A stretch of DNA of 61,736 nucleotides, from positions 1 through 61,736 of the forward strand of contig JAHJMO010000001.1 of NCBI GenBank assembly GCA_018821245.1, written 5' to 3'. This DNA comes from Patescibacteria group bacterium (GTDB lineage: Bacteria > Patescibacteriota > Microgenomatia > UBA10105 > UBA927). Shown piece by piece: positions 1-9,273 of the stretch. Numbering within the stretch: position 1 is the first letter of the stretch; every line of letters begins with the position of its first letter. The translations under genes and the position numbers were made by a program. The notes under the pieces are model-generated. The model was not told the DNA's origin. It saw nothing but the letters and a program-made list of their open reading frames with translations, and did no database searches.

Positions 1-4
1 AAAA

Positions 5-907
5 ATGAAACGGCGTCACTTTGAAAACATTCCTGCGATACAATCTGTGGAATCGTATTTTCAGAAAACGCGCGGGTATGTTGTTGCCATGCCAAAACCA
101 GGAGAAAAAATTATCCTCTTGACCTCGGGAGGCCTGGACTCTACCATCGTCTGGTATCTCCTGATGAAGCAATTCCGGCTGGTTGTCTATCCGCTCTTCG
201 TCGGAAGCAACCCGTTTCATCCCCAACGCAAATCTCTTTATTACTTTTCTCACTTTTTTGAGAAAGAATTTGAAAAACAGTATCGACCCCCTTTCGTTAT
301 GAGTCAACATCTCGTTGCTAAAGAAATAGACACATTAAAGAAAACGAAAAACATACACTCCAAAATACTCCTTAATATGTATGCTGACAAACGCTTAGAT
401 TGGGGGCTGCTCCACATCGCAGGACTCAATGCGCTTACCCCGATCTCTGCCATCCTCTATAGCAAATACTTGCTCCTCACAAAAAATCTTACCATTCATA
501 CGATTGTCTGTGCGGTAGCCGCCGGCGATGGTACAGTCATAAAGAGCCAAACATTTTCGTTTCTGCGTACCACCATGTTTTTTCTCTCTCAATTTTTCCA
601 AGATCGCGAACTTCAGTTTTTTTCACTCCTTTTGGATAAAAACCTGGGGTACTTCATAGAAAAAGCCCAGCTCATACAAATCGGTGCCCGGCTTGGGCTG
701 CCCATCCACAAAACGTATAGTTGCTATACTGGAAAAACATTTCACTGCGGACAGTGCCTGGCGTGTCAGGCGAGAAGGTATGAATTTGGTAAAGCAAACG
801 TCACTGATCGGACGATTTATACCGACAGTCTTGTCCGAAAAATTCAATTAGTGAAAAATAAAATAAAATCTATCGTCAAACGCATTTTTGTCAAACATCA
901 CAAATAA
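5..907 (+). CDS. QueC-like PP-loop ATPase (adenylating enzyme), probably not a true QueC
   Basis: SGGLDS PP-loop motif and C-terminal Zn site CYTGKTFHCGQCLAC. The QueC YPDC motif is replaced by TVIKSQT. Confidence 0.8.
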   Translation: MKRRHFENIPAIQSVESYFQKTRGYVVAMPKPGEKIILLTSGGLDSTIVWYLLMKQFRLVVYPLFVGSNPFHPQRKSLYYFSHFFEKEFEKQYRPPFVMSQHLVAKEIDTLKKTKNIHSKILLNMYADKRLDWGLLHIAGLNALTPISAILYSKYLLLTKNLTIHTIVCAVAAGDGTVIKSQTFSFLRTTMFFLSQFFQDRELQFFSLLLDKNLGYFIEKAQLIQIGARLGLPIHKTYSCYTGKTFHCGQCLACQARRYEFGKANVTDRTIYTDSLVRKIQLVKNKIKSIVKRIFVKHHK

Positions 908-910
908 GTG

Positions 911-939
911 TTGACAGACATATTCCCGCGCTGTATTGT
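911..939 (+). promoter_or_regulatory. sigma70 promoter for the small peptide and PqqD gene
   Basis: TTGACA (911-916), 17-bp spacer, TATTGT (934-939). SD-like AGGGGGGTGA follows at 951-960. Confidence 0.7.
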
Positions 940-971
940 AAGAATACAGAAGGGGGGTGAATACATTAAGC

Positions 972-1058
972 ATGAAAACACCGAAACGAATCTACAAAAA
1001 ACCAGCGGATAAAAAAATTAAACTGCGCGCCGTCTTAATCATACCTGAGGCTGTGTAG
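972..1058 (+). CDS. Putative RiPP precursor peptide, 28 aa: MKTPKRIYKKPADKKIKLRAVLIIPEAV
   Basis: Translated by hand (below the ORF-track cutoff). Has a promoter, an SD and a YxxP leader motif, and lies 25 bp upstream of a PqqD gene. Confidence 0.7.
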   Translation: MKTPKRIYKKPADKKIKLRAVLIIPEAV

Positions 1059-1083
1059 TAAACAGCATTTAGCATACCGAGAA

Positions 1084-1344
1084 ATGAAACTCCGCAGAAA
1101 TCCAAGCGTCTACTCCAAAAAAGTTGACGGCAAGTGGCTGATTCTCGAACCCGATAAACAGCACATCCGGGAGTTAAACGAGACTGCCGATTTTGTTTGG
1201 GGGGCAACACAAAAACCCATCGAAGTTTCAACGATAATAAAGCGCCTTGCCAAGGCATACCTCCTTCCGCCGGAACAATGTAAAAAGGACGTCGAAGAAT
1301 TTGTACGCCGATATTTGAGGGAAAAATTGCTTCTTCCTGCCTAG
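1084..1344 (+). CDS. PqqD family / RiPP recognition element (RRE) protein
   Basis: 86 aa with LNETADFVW ... LAKAY ... DVEEFVRRYLREKLL, the typical PqqD pattern. Confidence 0.85.
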   Translation: MKLRRNPSVYSKKVDGKWLILEPDKQHIRELNETADFVWGATQKPIEVSTIIKRLAKAYLLPPEQCKKDVEEFVRRYLREKLLLPA

Positions 1345-1695
1345 CGGTATCCACCGGCCACCCCTCTTTACCTCTGTTGCAATACCGATAAAATCCTCTT
1401 CTTCGACAATCCATGGATCCGGACGGACAACCGCGTCTCCTTTGGTTTGAAAAGTTATCTGTTTGCCGAAGTGATTGATCTTTATAATACGGTGGATAAC
1501 AAGCGTACGATGAACAGGAGAAAAATACACTGCCATTTGTCGGCGCGAAACGCACGAAAGGAGCACCCGTTGTACGCGCACCTGCTCGCCCGACCGAATA
1601 GTTGGGCGCATGCTTGCTCCTCGCGCAGTTACAATAACCCCTGCTCCCGGAGGAAGTTGTCTGATAAAATAGAACCATCTGTCTTTTGTCGGCAT
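1228..1695 (-). CDS. S24/S26 family (signal peptidase I-like) peptidase
   Basis: GASMRPTI, VIHRII and TKGD motifs. No obvious N-terminal TM anchor. Confidence 0.8.
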   Translation of the reverse strand: MPTKDRWFYFIRQLPPGAGVIVTARGASMRPTIRSGEQVRVQRVLLSCVSRRQMAVYFSPVHRTLVIHRIIKINHFGKQITFQTKGDAVVRPDPWIVEEEDFIGIATEVKRGGRWIPLGRKKQFFPQISAYKFFDVLFTLFRRKEVCLGKALYYR

Positions 1696-1732
1696 AGAAC
1701 ACCGCCGCCATGTATTATACGACGAATGGTCT

Positions 1733-3043
1733 ATGACATATATTACCCAACGCGCACATAACCCACGTTTACCAACGGTGTTAGGAGCTTATTGGAAAGG
1801 GGGTTTTATCGTCCTTCTTGCCGTTGTATTCGGTAAATCCGTGAGCCTCTTATGGAAGCTGTTGTTGGCACGAATTGGACCGCAAAGCTTGGGAACGGTT
1901 GAAATAGCACTCACTGTTTTTACCACGTTATCCTCTTTTTCACTTTTAGGCCTTCATACCGCGCTTATGCGGTTTGTTACCATACACACCGCAAAGAAAG
2001 CACACGGGCAAGCACAAGTCCTTTTGTGGGTTTCTCTTAAAATAGCCACGGCAATAGGGCTTCTTTTGGTAATGTTATTTCTGAAATATCCGCACATACT
2101 GCCGTCTCTCATCGATTCATCAGCCCCGCTTCTGGAAAGCCTGCTGCCGTATCTTTGGATCATTCCTCTTTTTGCAGCAAGCGAGCTTTTGTGGAGCTTT
2201 CTTGCGGCAACGAAACAGATGGCCTCATATGCTATCGCAAAATATGTTTTTCAGCCGGCATTCAGGCTCTTTTTCATTACTGCGGCAATGATAGTGGGTG
2301 TCGGAACCTCCGGCATATTGGTCCCGCACCTTGTTTATTCCGGCGTGGCATCATGTGTTCTATCCATTGCTCTTGTGATCAGGAGGGTAAACACAAGACC
2401 TTCCTCAACGTGCACGCCCACCATAAAACCATTTCTTCTTTTTGCGCTGCCTATGGGCGGATCCTTTATTGCGTTTGTTCTTTACGGCGCGCTTGATGTA
2501 TTTCTTGTGGGGCGCTATTTAGGAATAGCGCAGGTAGGACTTCTTTCTGCTGTTTTTATTATATCGGGCATTCCCGACGCCATCTACGCTCCGCTTCTTA
2601 ATATTTTTCAAACGTATCTGGGAAACACATACACCAACATAAGACAGGGCTTCTCTTTCACGGTTTCCAATTGCATGCTTTTTTTGGTGGTAGGCGCTAT
2701 CACCGGAGCCTTTGTTTACCTCCTTCGTCAGGGAATTGTAACGTACTTTATGGGCCCGCCGTACCAAACTATAGTACCGCTTGTTGGCGCCTTTCTTCTT
2801 ATAAAGATTCTCCAGGATGCCATCGTTCTCCCGCTTCGGCACTTTCTCGATTTTTACGGCTATGTGCATCACACTTTTGTTCTTATGCTTATTTCAACAT
2901 TGGTCAAACTCATTGTTGGCATTCGTACAGTGCCTGCCGTGGGTTTAACCGGGGTTATACTCATGCAAACTGCCGGGATTATTGTTCACCTTGCGGGGTG
3001 TCTGCTGGTGACATGGATCGTCGTTCGCAGCCGCAAAAACTGA
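1733..3043 (+). CDS. Wzx-like oligosaccharide flippase (MOP superfamily)
   Basis: 436 aa polytopic membrane protein with LLARIGPQSLG and LGLHTALMRF flippase-like segments, in a glycan locus. Confidence 0.8.
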   Translation: MTYITQRAHNPRLPTVLGAYWKGGFIVLLAVVFGKSVSLLWKLLLARIGPQSLGTVEIALTVFTTLSSFSLLGLHTALMRFVTIHTAKKAHGQAQVLLWVSLKIATAIGLLLVMLFLKYPHILPSLIDSSAPLLESLLPYLWIIPLFAASELLWSFLAATKQMASYAIAKYVFQPAFRLFFITAAMIVGVGTSGILVPHLVYSGVASCVLSIALVIRRVNTRPSSTCTPTIKPFLLFALPMGGSFIAFVLYGALDVFLVGRYLGIAQVGLLSAVFIISGIPDAIYAPLLNIFQTYLGNTYTNIRQGFSFTVSNCMLFLVVGAITGAFVYLLRQGIVTYFMGPPYQTIVPLVGAFLLIKILQDAIVLPLRHFLDFYGYVHHTFVLMLISTLVKLIVGIRTVPAVGLTGVILMQTAGIIVHLAGCLLVTWIVVRSRKN

Positions 3044-4171
3044 AGCGTCCATGTGATTTTCTATTGCTTCAATCTTGTGCTTCCAGCTGTTGACGTTCGC
3101 AATCTTGCGTTGTTGGCGCTGTTTTAGATAGGACCATCCTTGAGATTGTAGTAGACGGATATGCTTTGCAAAATCTGGTGCTGTTTTTCCCAAAAGCACA
3201 TATGGCGAAAGCCTCTGAAGCTCTCTTATGGGAGTTGCAACAACCGGCACGCCGCACCAAAAAAACTCCATAATCTTCATGGGATAGCAATACTGATTAA
3301 ATACACGGGAAAGGTCGTAGGGAATTATGGCCGCATGAAACGAGCGTACAACTCCCTGCATCTTTGTTTTGGGAAGCTCGCCGACGTATCGAACGTTTGA
3401 ATAAGAAAAAAGCTTAGTAAGACTATCGTAAATTGGGCCCTCGTTCGGCACAAGCCCAACTTGCACCGGACCCGCAAACACAAATTGTACACCTGGTAAT
3501 AACGCGACAAGCCTAAAAAGGAGAGGGAAATCAAGTCTGTAGTTTATCCCCCCTATATATCCCACGGTAAATAATTCTGATTGTTTGACGCGCTTTGAGG
3601 GTGTACCGAATTCCTCACTGGCAAAACCAAGGGGTACAACGTGGATATTTTTCCTTGTTTTTCTGTGAATTTCCGCAAGCGTCTGCGAATTGCACACAAT
3701 AATGCTTGCCTTTTTGAGAAGAAATTTTTCCGGCCGGCTCCATGAAAACCCAAGGTCTTTGTAATAATCAATGCAGTCATACAAAGAGACATATCCCAAA
3801 AACACCAAATACAATGGAACCATATGAAACGGTTCGAAAAACCAAAATATCTTCCTTTTACCCCGATGAATAACGCCGATAATAAAACGCAAAACCAGTG
3901 CGTTTAGGAAATGGTTTGCGGTTTTAATCGGCATAAACCGCTGGCCGGGAATAAGAAAAAAAGGGTGAATGAGAACGCTTTGGAAGCGTCTCTCAATCAG
4001 TCGAACTCTTCCCTTGTTTTTTATTGCGCCTCTCCAAGAAACCGGCTCGCCCAAGGCAAGTCCGTACACCACGTTGGATTTTCCCAACAGTCGTAAGGTT
4101 TGTGTTGTATAATCACACCCGTCAGACAACTTTGCGTTAAATGCTATTACAATAACGCGCCCGGATATCAT
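2945..4171 (-). CDS. GT-B fold glycosyltransferase (GT4-like)
   Basis: YDCIDY, GYIGGI and PMKIMEFFWCGVPVVAT motifs. Confidence 0.85.
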   Translation of the reverse strand: MISGRVIVIAFNAKLSDGCDYTTQTLRLLGKSNVVYGLALGEPVSWRGAIKNKGRVRLIERRFQSVLIHPFFLIPGQRFMPIKTANHFLNALVLRFIIGVIHRGKRKIFWFFEPFHMVPLYLVFLGYVSLYDCIDYYKDLGFSWSRPEKFLLKKASIIVCNSQTLAEIHRKTRKNIHVVPLGFASEEFGTPSKRVKQSELFTVGYIGGINYRLDFPLLFRLVALLPGVQFVFAGPVQVGLVPNEGPIYDSLTKLFSYSNVRYVGELPKTKMQGVVRSFHAAIIPYDLSRVFNQYCYPMKIMEFFWCGVPVVATPIRELQRLSPYVLLGKTAPDFAKHIRLLQSQGWSYLKQRQQRKIANVNSWKHKIEAIENHMDASVFAAANDDPCHQQTPRKVNNNPGSLHEYNPG

Positions 4172-4209
4172 ATTGTTAAATCCTCAGAAATATAGCGGAA
4201 TATATAAAT

Positions 4210-6150
4210 CTATCCTGCCTGATCATCATACAAGACTGACTCGACAGCAAAATGAGACGATGTTTTCAGGTTAAATATAAGATCTTGAAATTCGCTATAG
4301 ACCACAAGATTTTCTATATTGTTTTTTCCCATTCTGCTTATAATCCCGTTAAGGTTGTCTCCATCGGGAATTACTGATGCGATATAGACCGCATTCCTTA
4401 CTTTTCCGTCAAACAAAAAAAGCGGGTAGTCTTGGGCGTCCTGCGGTCCAACAAGAAGAAAAGATGTTGGGGTTTCTAGATTGCTTAGAAATGCAAAGTA
4501 GGGAGAAAGGCGATCGTGCATTGTTTGATTTACAAGTTCTTGTGGCCTGGAGTTGTTCCTGTCATGTTGTTGTCCGTAAAATAGTACATATGCGGCTACA
4601 ACAAATAACACCCACATAATTCCTATACCGGCCAATGTTCTGCCAAGCGTTTTTTTCCATGCATCTATGAAAATCGGAAAAAATGCGCAAAATAATCCAT
4701 ATACAGAGAGAAGGTGTCTATATGGAATGCTTGAGTGTTCAGCCCACCTGATTTCAAAGATTATAATCATAAAGGAAGCCATAAACAGTAAAAATATTTT
4801 TCGAAAACGTGAGATGCTGGGCTTTGTGTTTTTCTTAAATAACATACCAATCGCAATTATTATGGAGCCCAACCACAAAACTCCTCCTAACCCGAACCTA
4901 TTATTGGGCCATTGAAGACGGTAATTATACTGGCCCACCCAATTGCCTCTCCGCTCCTCCACGGAGAGGGGATAGGTCACGCCAATATTTATTGCGATAT
5001 CACCAATCGCTGTTTCTATTGAATTTGCCACTTGCTTAGAAAATACGGGTGGGTCAATAAATATGAACGGCATTCTTTTGATATAAGTTGCGATCTGCTG
5101 TAATGATTTATCTGGCTGGTGTACTATCCGAAAATCTGGTGGACCAAAAGGGTGCTTGTAAAGCACAATGTTCTGAATCATAAAATGAACGTATCCTGTT
5201 AAAACAAGGCCTACCGTCAAGCCGAAAATAAAACCAAGGATGTTCCTCTTTTTTCTCGGCAATATCGATATATACAATACGCCTGGGATAATGAACGCAA
5301 ACCCTGTAGGTTTTATAAATATTGCAACAGCCAAACACAAACCCATAAAGACCACATAAAGGTGGTTTTGACTGTCATGTTGTGTTAGCCTAATCATAAA
5401 ATATGCATAGGAGATGATGGCGAGAGTTAACCATGATTCTTGCACTAGCGTCTGTGAAAAATATAAATGTATTATCGGAGTTACAGCAAAAAGCAGTGCA
5501 GTAAAAATACGGGTTGAAAACGAAGCATGAAACTTTCTAGTAAAAAACAGTAATGACAACAAAATCAGTGGGTATCCCGTCCAGTAGAATATGCTCGTGA
5601 TCTTTTCCTCAATAGAAAAAATTTGGGGCCATAAGAATAATTCTCCTGTTCCCATAGCTAATAAATTTTGTCTGGGGTTGTGTGTCTGGTATCGAAACAC
5701 ACTTTTGTTTTGCAGCCAGTACAAAGGGGCCGATCCCCTATACATCTTGTCATCAAAATCGTTGATAGGGGTATGTAATCTAACAATAAAAGACAACACA
5801 ATCATTACGACCAACGAAAACAGTAATACAACGTCGAGGCTGTCCCTGCTTTTTATTGTTTGAAGGCTTTTTTGTAACTTATTCTTTAACAAGGCGGCTG
5901 AGGTCAGGCTCTTCCCGCCAAAAAAGAAAATTGAGATTATAAACAGTATCCACTGAAAAACCAATAAATTAACGTTCTGTAGTGCAGAAAAACATGACAG
6001 CACCGAAAAAACAAGACCCATATATAAAAACATCATGGGAATAAAAACAAAAAGGGCGTCGGTTGCTGACGGCACAAGCGCGAAAAGCGGCATTCCAATC
6101 GTAATAATAGACAATATTATGCTAGAGGAGAAAGCTATGATATTTACCAT
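4210..6150 (-). CDS. Polytopic membrane protein, probable GT-C (ArnT/PMT-like) glycosyltransferase
   Basis: Many TM helices, an acidic loop motif (NDFDD) and IKPTG. More AT-rich than its neighbours. Confidence 0.55.
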   Translation of the reverse strand: MVNIIAFSSSIILSIITIGMPLFALVPSATDALFVFIPMMFLYMGLVFSVLSCFSALQNVNLLVFQWILFIISIFFFGGKSLTSAALLKNKLQKSLQTIKSRDSLDVVLLFSLVVMIVLSFIVRLHTPINDFDDKMYRGSAPLYWLQNKSVFRYQTHNPRQNLLAMGTGELFLWPQIFSIEEKITSIFYWTGYPLILLSLLFFTRKFHASFSTRIFTALLFAVTPIIHLYFSQTLVQESWLTLAIISYAYFMIRLTQHDSQNHLYVVFMGLCLAVAIFIKPTGFAFIIPGVLYISILPRKKRNILGFIFGLTVGLVLTGYVHFMIQNIVLYKHPFGPPDFRIVHQPDKSLQQIATYIKRMPFIFIDPPVFSKQVANSIETAIGDIAINIGVTYPLSVEERRGNWVGQYNYRLQWPNNRFGLGGVLWLGSIIIAIGMLFKKNTKPSISRFRKIFLLFMASFMIIIFEIRWAEHSSIPYRHLLSVYGLFCAFFPIFIDAWKKTLGRTLAGIGIMWVLFVVAAYVLFYGQQHDRNNSRPQELVNQTMHDRLSPYFAFLSNLETPTSFLLVGPQDAQDYPLFLFDGKVRNAVYIASVIPDGDNLNGIISRMGKNNIENLVVYSEFQDLIFNLKTSSHFAVESVLYDDQAG

Positions 6151-6155
6151 ATTTT

Positions 6156-7103
6156 TTATTTATCGCTGTAATGTTTTCTTTGATACAAAATAATTCGCAT
6201 ATTCCGCACAACAAACCACAACGCTTTGGGGTAAACCAGCAAGTGTCTTTTATATAAAGTCATTCCAAATATATAAAGTTGTCCCAACAGAAGAGGCGGA
6301 ATATTGATGATTATCTTTATTAAAGGCCAATGTAGAAGAACAACAAGCAGCCAATTGCGATAGCTGTGATACAACTGAAAATAGCTTCCGCGCCCAGCTG
6401 TTTGCGAACCCAGGTGCGTAACCAGAGGCTCGTTGGAAATATATATTTTGCCGCCGTCTTTATGAATACGCAACGATAGCTCAAGATCCTCGGAGTACGC
6501 AAAAAACAACGGATTAAATACATACCCATGCTTTTTCAGTTCTTTTTTTACGCGGTTTTTATATAATAAAACGCAAGTTCCTGAAAATATTGAAGCGTCT
6601 TTCGGGATGGCGTCCCTGCGTCTGGGTAATGCAACGCCTGTTTTATTATAATTAAGCCCAACGCTTTCAATCTCGCCTCCGGGTGCAATAATTTTACAGG
6701 ATACGACATCGTACCTGTCCGACCCAAGCTTCGACAAAAGAGAGACGAAAAAGCCCTTGTGTACACACGCATCATCGTTAAGAACGAAATACCAATCTGG
6801 ATCTCTGCGTGCTCTTTCGTAGACTATCCCGTCGTTGACTGCGGGCGCAAACCCTTTGTTCACATGAGAAACAAGCGCTTCTGCGGCAATGTGTGTTTTT
6901 CTGTGGATATCGTTGGCTATGGTTTCTGCAGATACACGAATTGGGACATCATTTGCGATAACCGTCACCCAATAAGATATGTCAGCTGTTGCTGCTTGTT
7001 TGATTGAGCAAATGGCACGAAACAGCGCCTTCGGGTGTTTCATGTAGACAGTGGGAATAATGACCGATATGGTGATCATAATGCGGTGCTCATTATAACC
7101 CAA
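6156..7103 (-). CDS. GT2 family glycosyltransferase
   Basis: SVIIPT, NKGFAPAVNDG, LNDDA and FFAYSEDLELSLR motifs. Confidence 0.9.
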   Translation of the reverse strand: MGYNEHRIMITISVIIPTVYMKHPKALFRAICSIKQAATADISYWVTVIANDVPIRVSAETIANDIHRKTHIAAEALVSHVNKGFAPAVNDGIVYERARRDPDWYFVLNDDACVHKGFFVSLLSKLGSDRYDVVSCKIIAPGGEIESVGLNYNKTGVALPRRRDAIPKDASIFSGTCVLLYKNRVKKELKKHGYVFNPLFFAYSEDLELSLRIHKDGGKIYISNEPLVTHLGSQTAGRGSYFQLYHSYRNWLLVVLLHWPLIKIIINIPPLLLGQLYIFGMTLYKRHLLVYPKALWFVVRNMRIILYQRKHYSDK

Positions 7104-7375
7104 AAATCATTTTTGATTGTGTTTATTTTTCAGAATGGTAAAGGCATTTTGTTGTAGACATTATTTTTTACAACAAATGTGTCCCGCGCCTGATCTTGAT
7201 ACAACGAGCGTTCGTCATGAACCACTTCACGCGCAGTATGATCCCCAGGATAATTATGAGCAAGAACCACCAAAACTGTTGTTTAAACATATAAATCGAA
7301 CATGTCGTTAAAACGAGGCATTATTCGCCCCACAGCCTGCTGGCTCCCACGGCAGTAATCAACAAGAGCATCTCT

Positions 7376-7582
7376 TTAATCATAAATGCCGGTCGATTTC
7401 TGCATATTTTTCTTAAATGTTTTGCCGCTTGTCAAAACCGGCCCAGTATTTATGCATTTTAAAGGGATTACAGAAGCCGCAAAACGAATACTGCTTCCCG
7501 CTTGAACCACCGATTTGACTGCTCTCGCAAGGCAACCGTCATCCGGATCGCGCATTGCCGGAATAATGGCGATAATTTTCAT
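7376..7582 (-). pseudogene. Truncated GT2 remnant
   Basis: ATG overlaps the GH27 stop (ATGA). N-terminus MKIIAIIPA...LARAVKSVVQA resembles the adjacent GT2 (ISVIIPT...LFRAICSIKQA). Stops after ~68 aa. Confidence 0.5.
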
Positions 7583-9273
7583 TGGTTGCAAAAAACTCTT
7601 GCATCTGCCCAATCGGCGTGTTGGTATTGCGTGGTGTCTGGATCGGAAGATACCACTTGTAGTATGAGGTTTCGATTTCCGGAAATATCGACAGAAATTG
7701 GCAGAGGCATAAAGGACATTGTGACAATCCCGCTATCATAAAGCCTCTGGCCGTCTCCATAAACACGGAAGATTGCGCCGGTCTTCTTGTCCTCTACCTC
7801 GTCGTCTATTCCGACAACAGCATGAAATAACCTGCATTTATCTCCCAACCGGTAAAGAATGTTTGAATACGAATGTACGCCAAGCCCCTTATTAAACTCT
7901 TGGCCCCTTATGGAAAGCGTGCTGCCGTCTCCGCTATCCGTTTCGCCGTTGGACATATCCTTCTCTACTGGACCATGACCGTTTTCTGCATATATCCACT
8001 CCTGATCCGAAAGAAATCCGTCACTGGTTGTGTGGAGTGGAGGGAGCTGCGTTGTTTTGCCTTTGTTCGTAATAAGGCCATACACCTTCAACAATAAAAC
8101 GCCGTGCGCCGGCACCTCTCTGGAAAATTTTTTTTGTGAAAATCCCAACCACTTATGCTCCCAAACATCGCGAATCAATACCGGCGCAAGATACCCGATG
8201 TCACTCCACTTTACGGTTATTATCGAAGGATAATTCCCGCGATTAAATAAAGCAACTGCATTAGCGCCGCTTTGTGCTAATTTTTTTGTCCAAACTTCCT
8301 GATCTTGAGATTTTTGGATTTGTTTGCCTTGACTCTCTGTGGCATCTTGGTCTATTTCAATTGCTTCCTGATTTGTAAGAATTTCGCGGGTTGTGTCTGT
8401 CATTGTACGAATATCATTTCCTGCAATCAGTGGGGCTCCCATCATCGCCCACATACTGAGGTGTGACTTTTGTTCTTCAGCCGTTAAGTTGCCAACGCCC
8501 ACAACCAACATGTCTGGGTCGTTTCGATGGTTTTGATCGGCATACCGTGCGAGCGGCTCATTGACATCAATAATTGAAGCAATACTTTCCCAGGAATCCC
8601 TGATGTCATTGTTTACGCGCCACATTTGTGATATGGCCCTTCCCCATAACCATGGCCTTTCTTTTCCTAAGTTTGGCATAGCGATACTAAATACCACAGG
8701 ACGGGATGATTTGCTTATTAAACCCCGCCATAAATCATACTGCACGAGGGCGTCAAGGTCGTCCACGCCGCACCAATCTACCTTAATAAAATCAACTCCC
8801 CATTCGGTATAACGGTCGATGTCTTTTTCTTCGTGGCCAAAACTGCCGGGTCTTCCTTCACAAGTTAAGACTCCTGCGCTTGTATATATACCAAACTTCA
8901 ATCCTTTCGCGTGAATATAATCTCCGAGAGCTTTCATGCCGCTTGGAAATTTCTTTGGATCAGCCACAATAGTTTCCCATGAATTTCTTTCGATCTGCCA
9001 ACAATCGTCAAGCACAATATACGCATAGCCCGCTTCTTTCATGCCTGTCGTTACCAGAGCATCCGCCGTTTCTTTAATCAACCGTTCGTTCACTTCGTCA
9101 TTGCAACGAAATCTGTTCCACCCGTTCCACCCCATGAGGGGTGTTGATCCCAAATTACGCATTGTAACGGTTGAAGGCGGGCTACAAATAAGAAGCGACG
9201 GCACGACGACAACACCAATTATTGTTAAGACAAAAACCAAAATTTTTGTTTTTTTATTTGCTTTTTTCATCAA
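7579..9273 (-). CDS. GH27 alpha-galactosidase with N-terminal membrane anchor and C-terminal NPCBM/CBM51 domain
   Basis: TPLMGWNGW, LDDCWQ, IKVDWC, WRVNND and NDPDML motifs. NPCBM part: NGHGPVEKD, KGLGVH, HADWADAR. Confidence 0.92.
   Translation of the reverse strand: MMKKANKKTKILVFVLTIIGVVVVPSLLICSPPSTVTMRNLGSTPLMGWNGWNRFRCNDEVNERLIKETADALVTTGMKEAGYAYIVLDDCWQIERNSWETIVADPKKFPSGMKALGDYIHAKGLKFGIYTSAGVLTCEGRPGSFGHEEKDIDRYTEWGVDFIKVDWCGVDDLDALVQYDLWRGLISKSSRPVVFSIAMPNLGKERPWLWGRAISQMWRVNNDIRDSWESIASIIDVNEPLARYADQNHRNDPDMLVVGVGNLTAEEQKSHLSMWAMMGAPLIAGNDIRTMTDTTREILTNQEAIEIDQDATESQGKQIQKSQDQEVWTKKLAQSGANAVALFNRGNYPSIITVKWSDIGYLAPVLIRDVWEHKWLGFSQKKFSREVPAHGVLLLKVYGLITNKGKTTQLPPLHTTSDGFLSDQEWIYAENGHGPVEKDMSNGETDSGDGSTLSIRGQEFNKGLGVHSYSNILYRLGDKCRLFHAVVGIDDEVEDKKTGAIFRVYGDGQRLYDSGIVTMSFMPLPISVDISGNRNLILQVVSSDPDTTQYQHADWADARVFCNQ

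Noticed and set aside
5-907. Calling this gene queC (queuosine pathway) or QatC defence
   Set aside because: The YPDC motif is missing, no que or qat partner genes are visible, and the context is PqqD plus a peptide.
972-1695. Canonical lasso peptide or PQQ cluster
   Set aside because: No asparagine-synthetase-like cyclase, B2 protease or pqqBCE in the window, and the tail after Glu is too short to thread.
992-1711. 239-aa minus-strand ORF and other long shadow ORFs (e.g. 19032-19706, 25151-25783, 36048-36689)
   Set aside because: They are alternative-frame or antisense shadows of well-supported genes and have no motifs.
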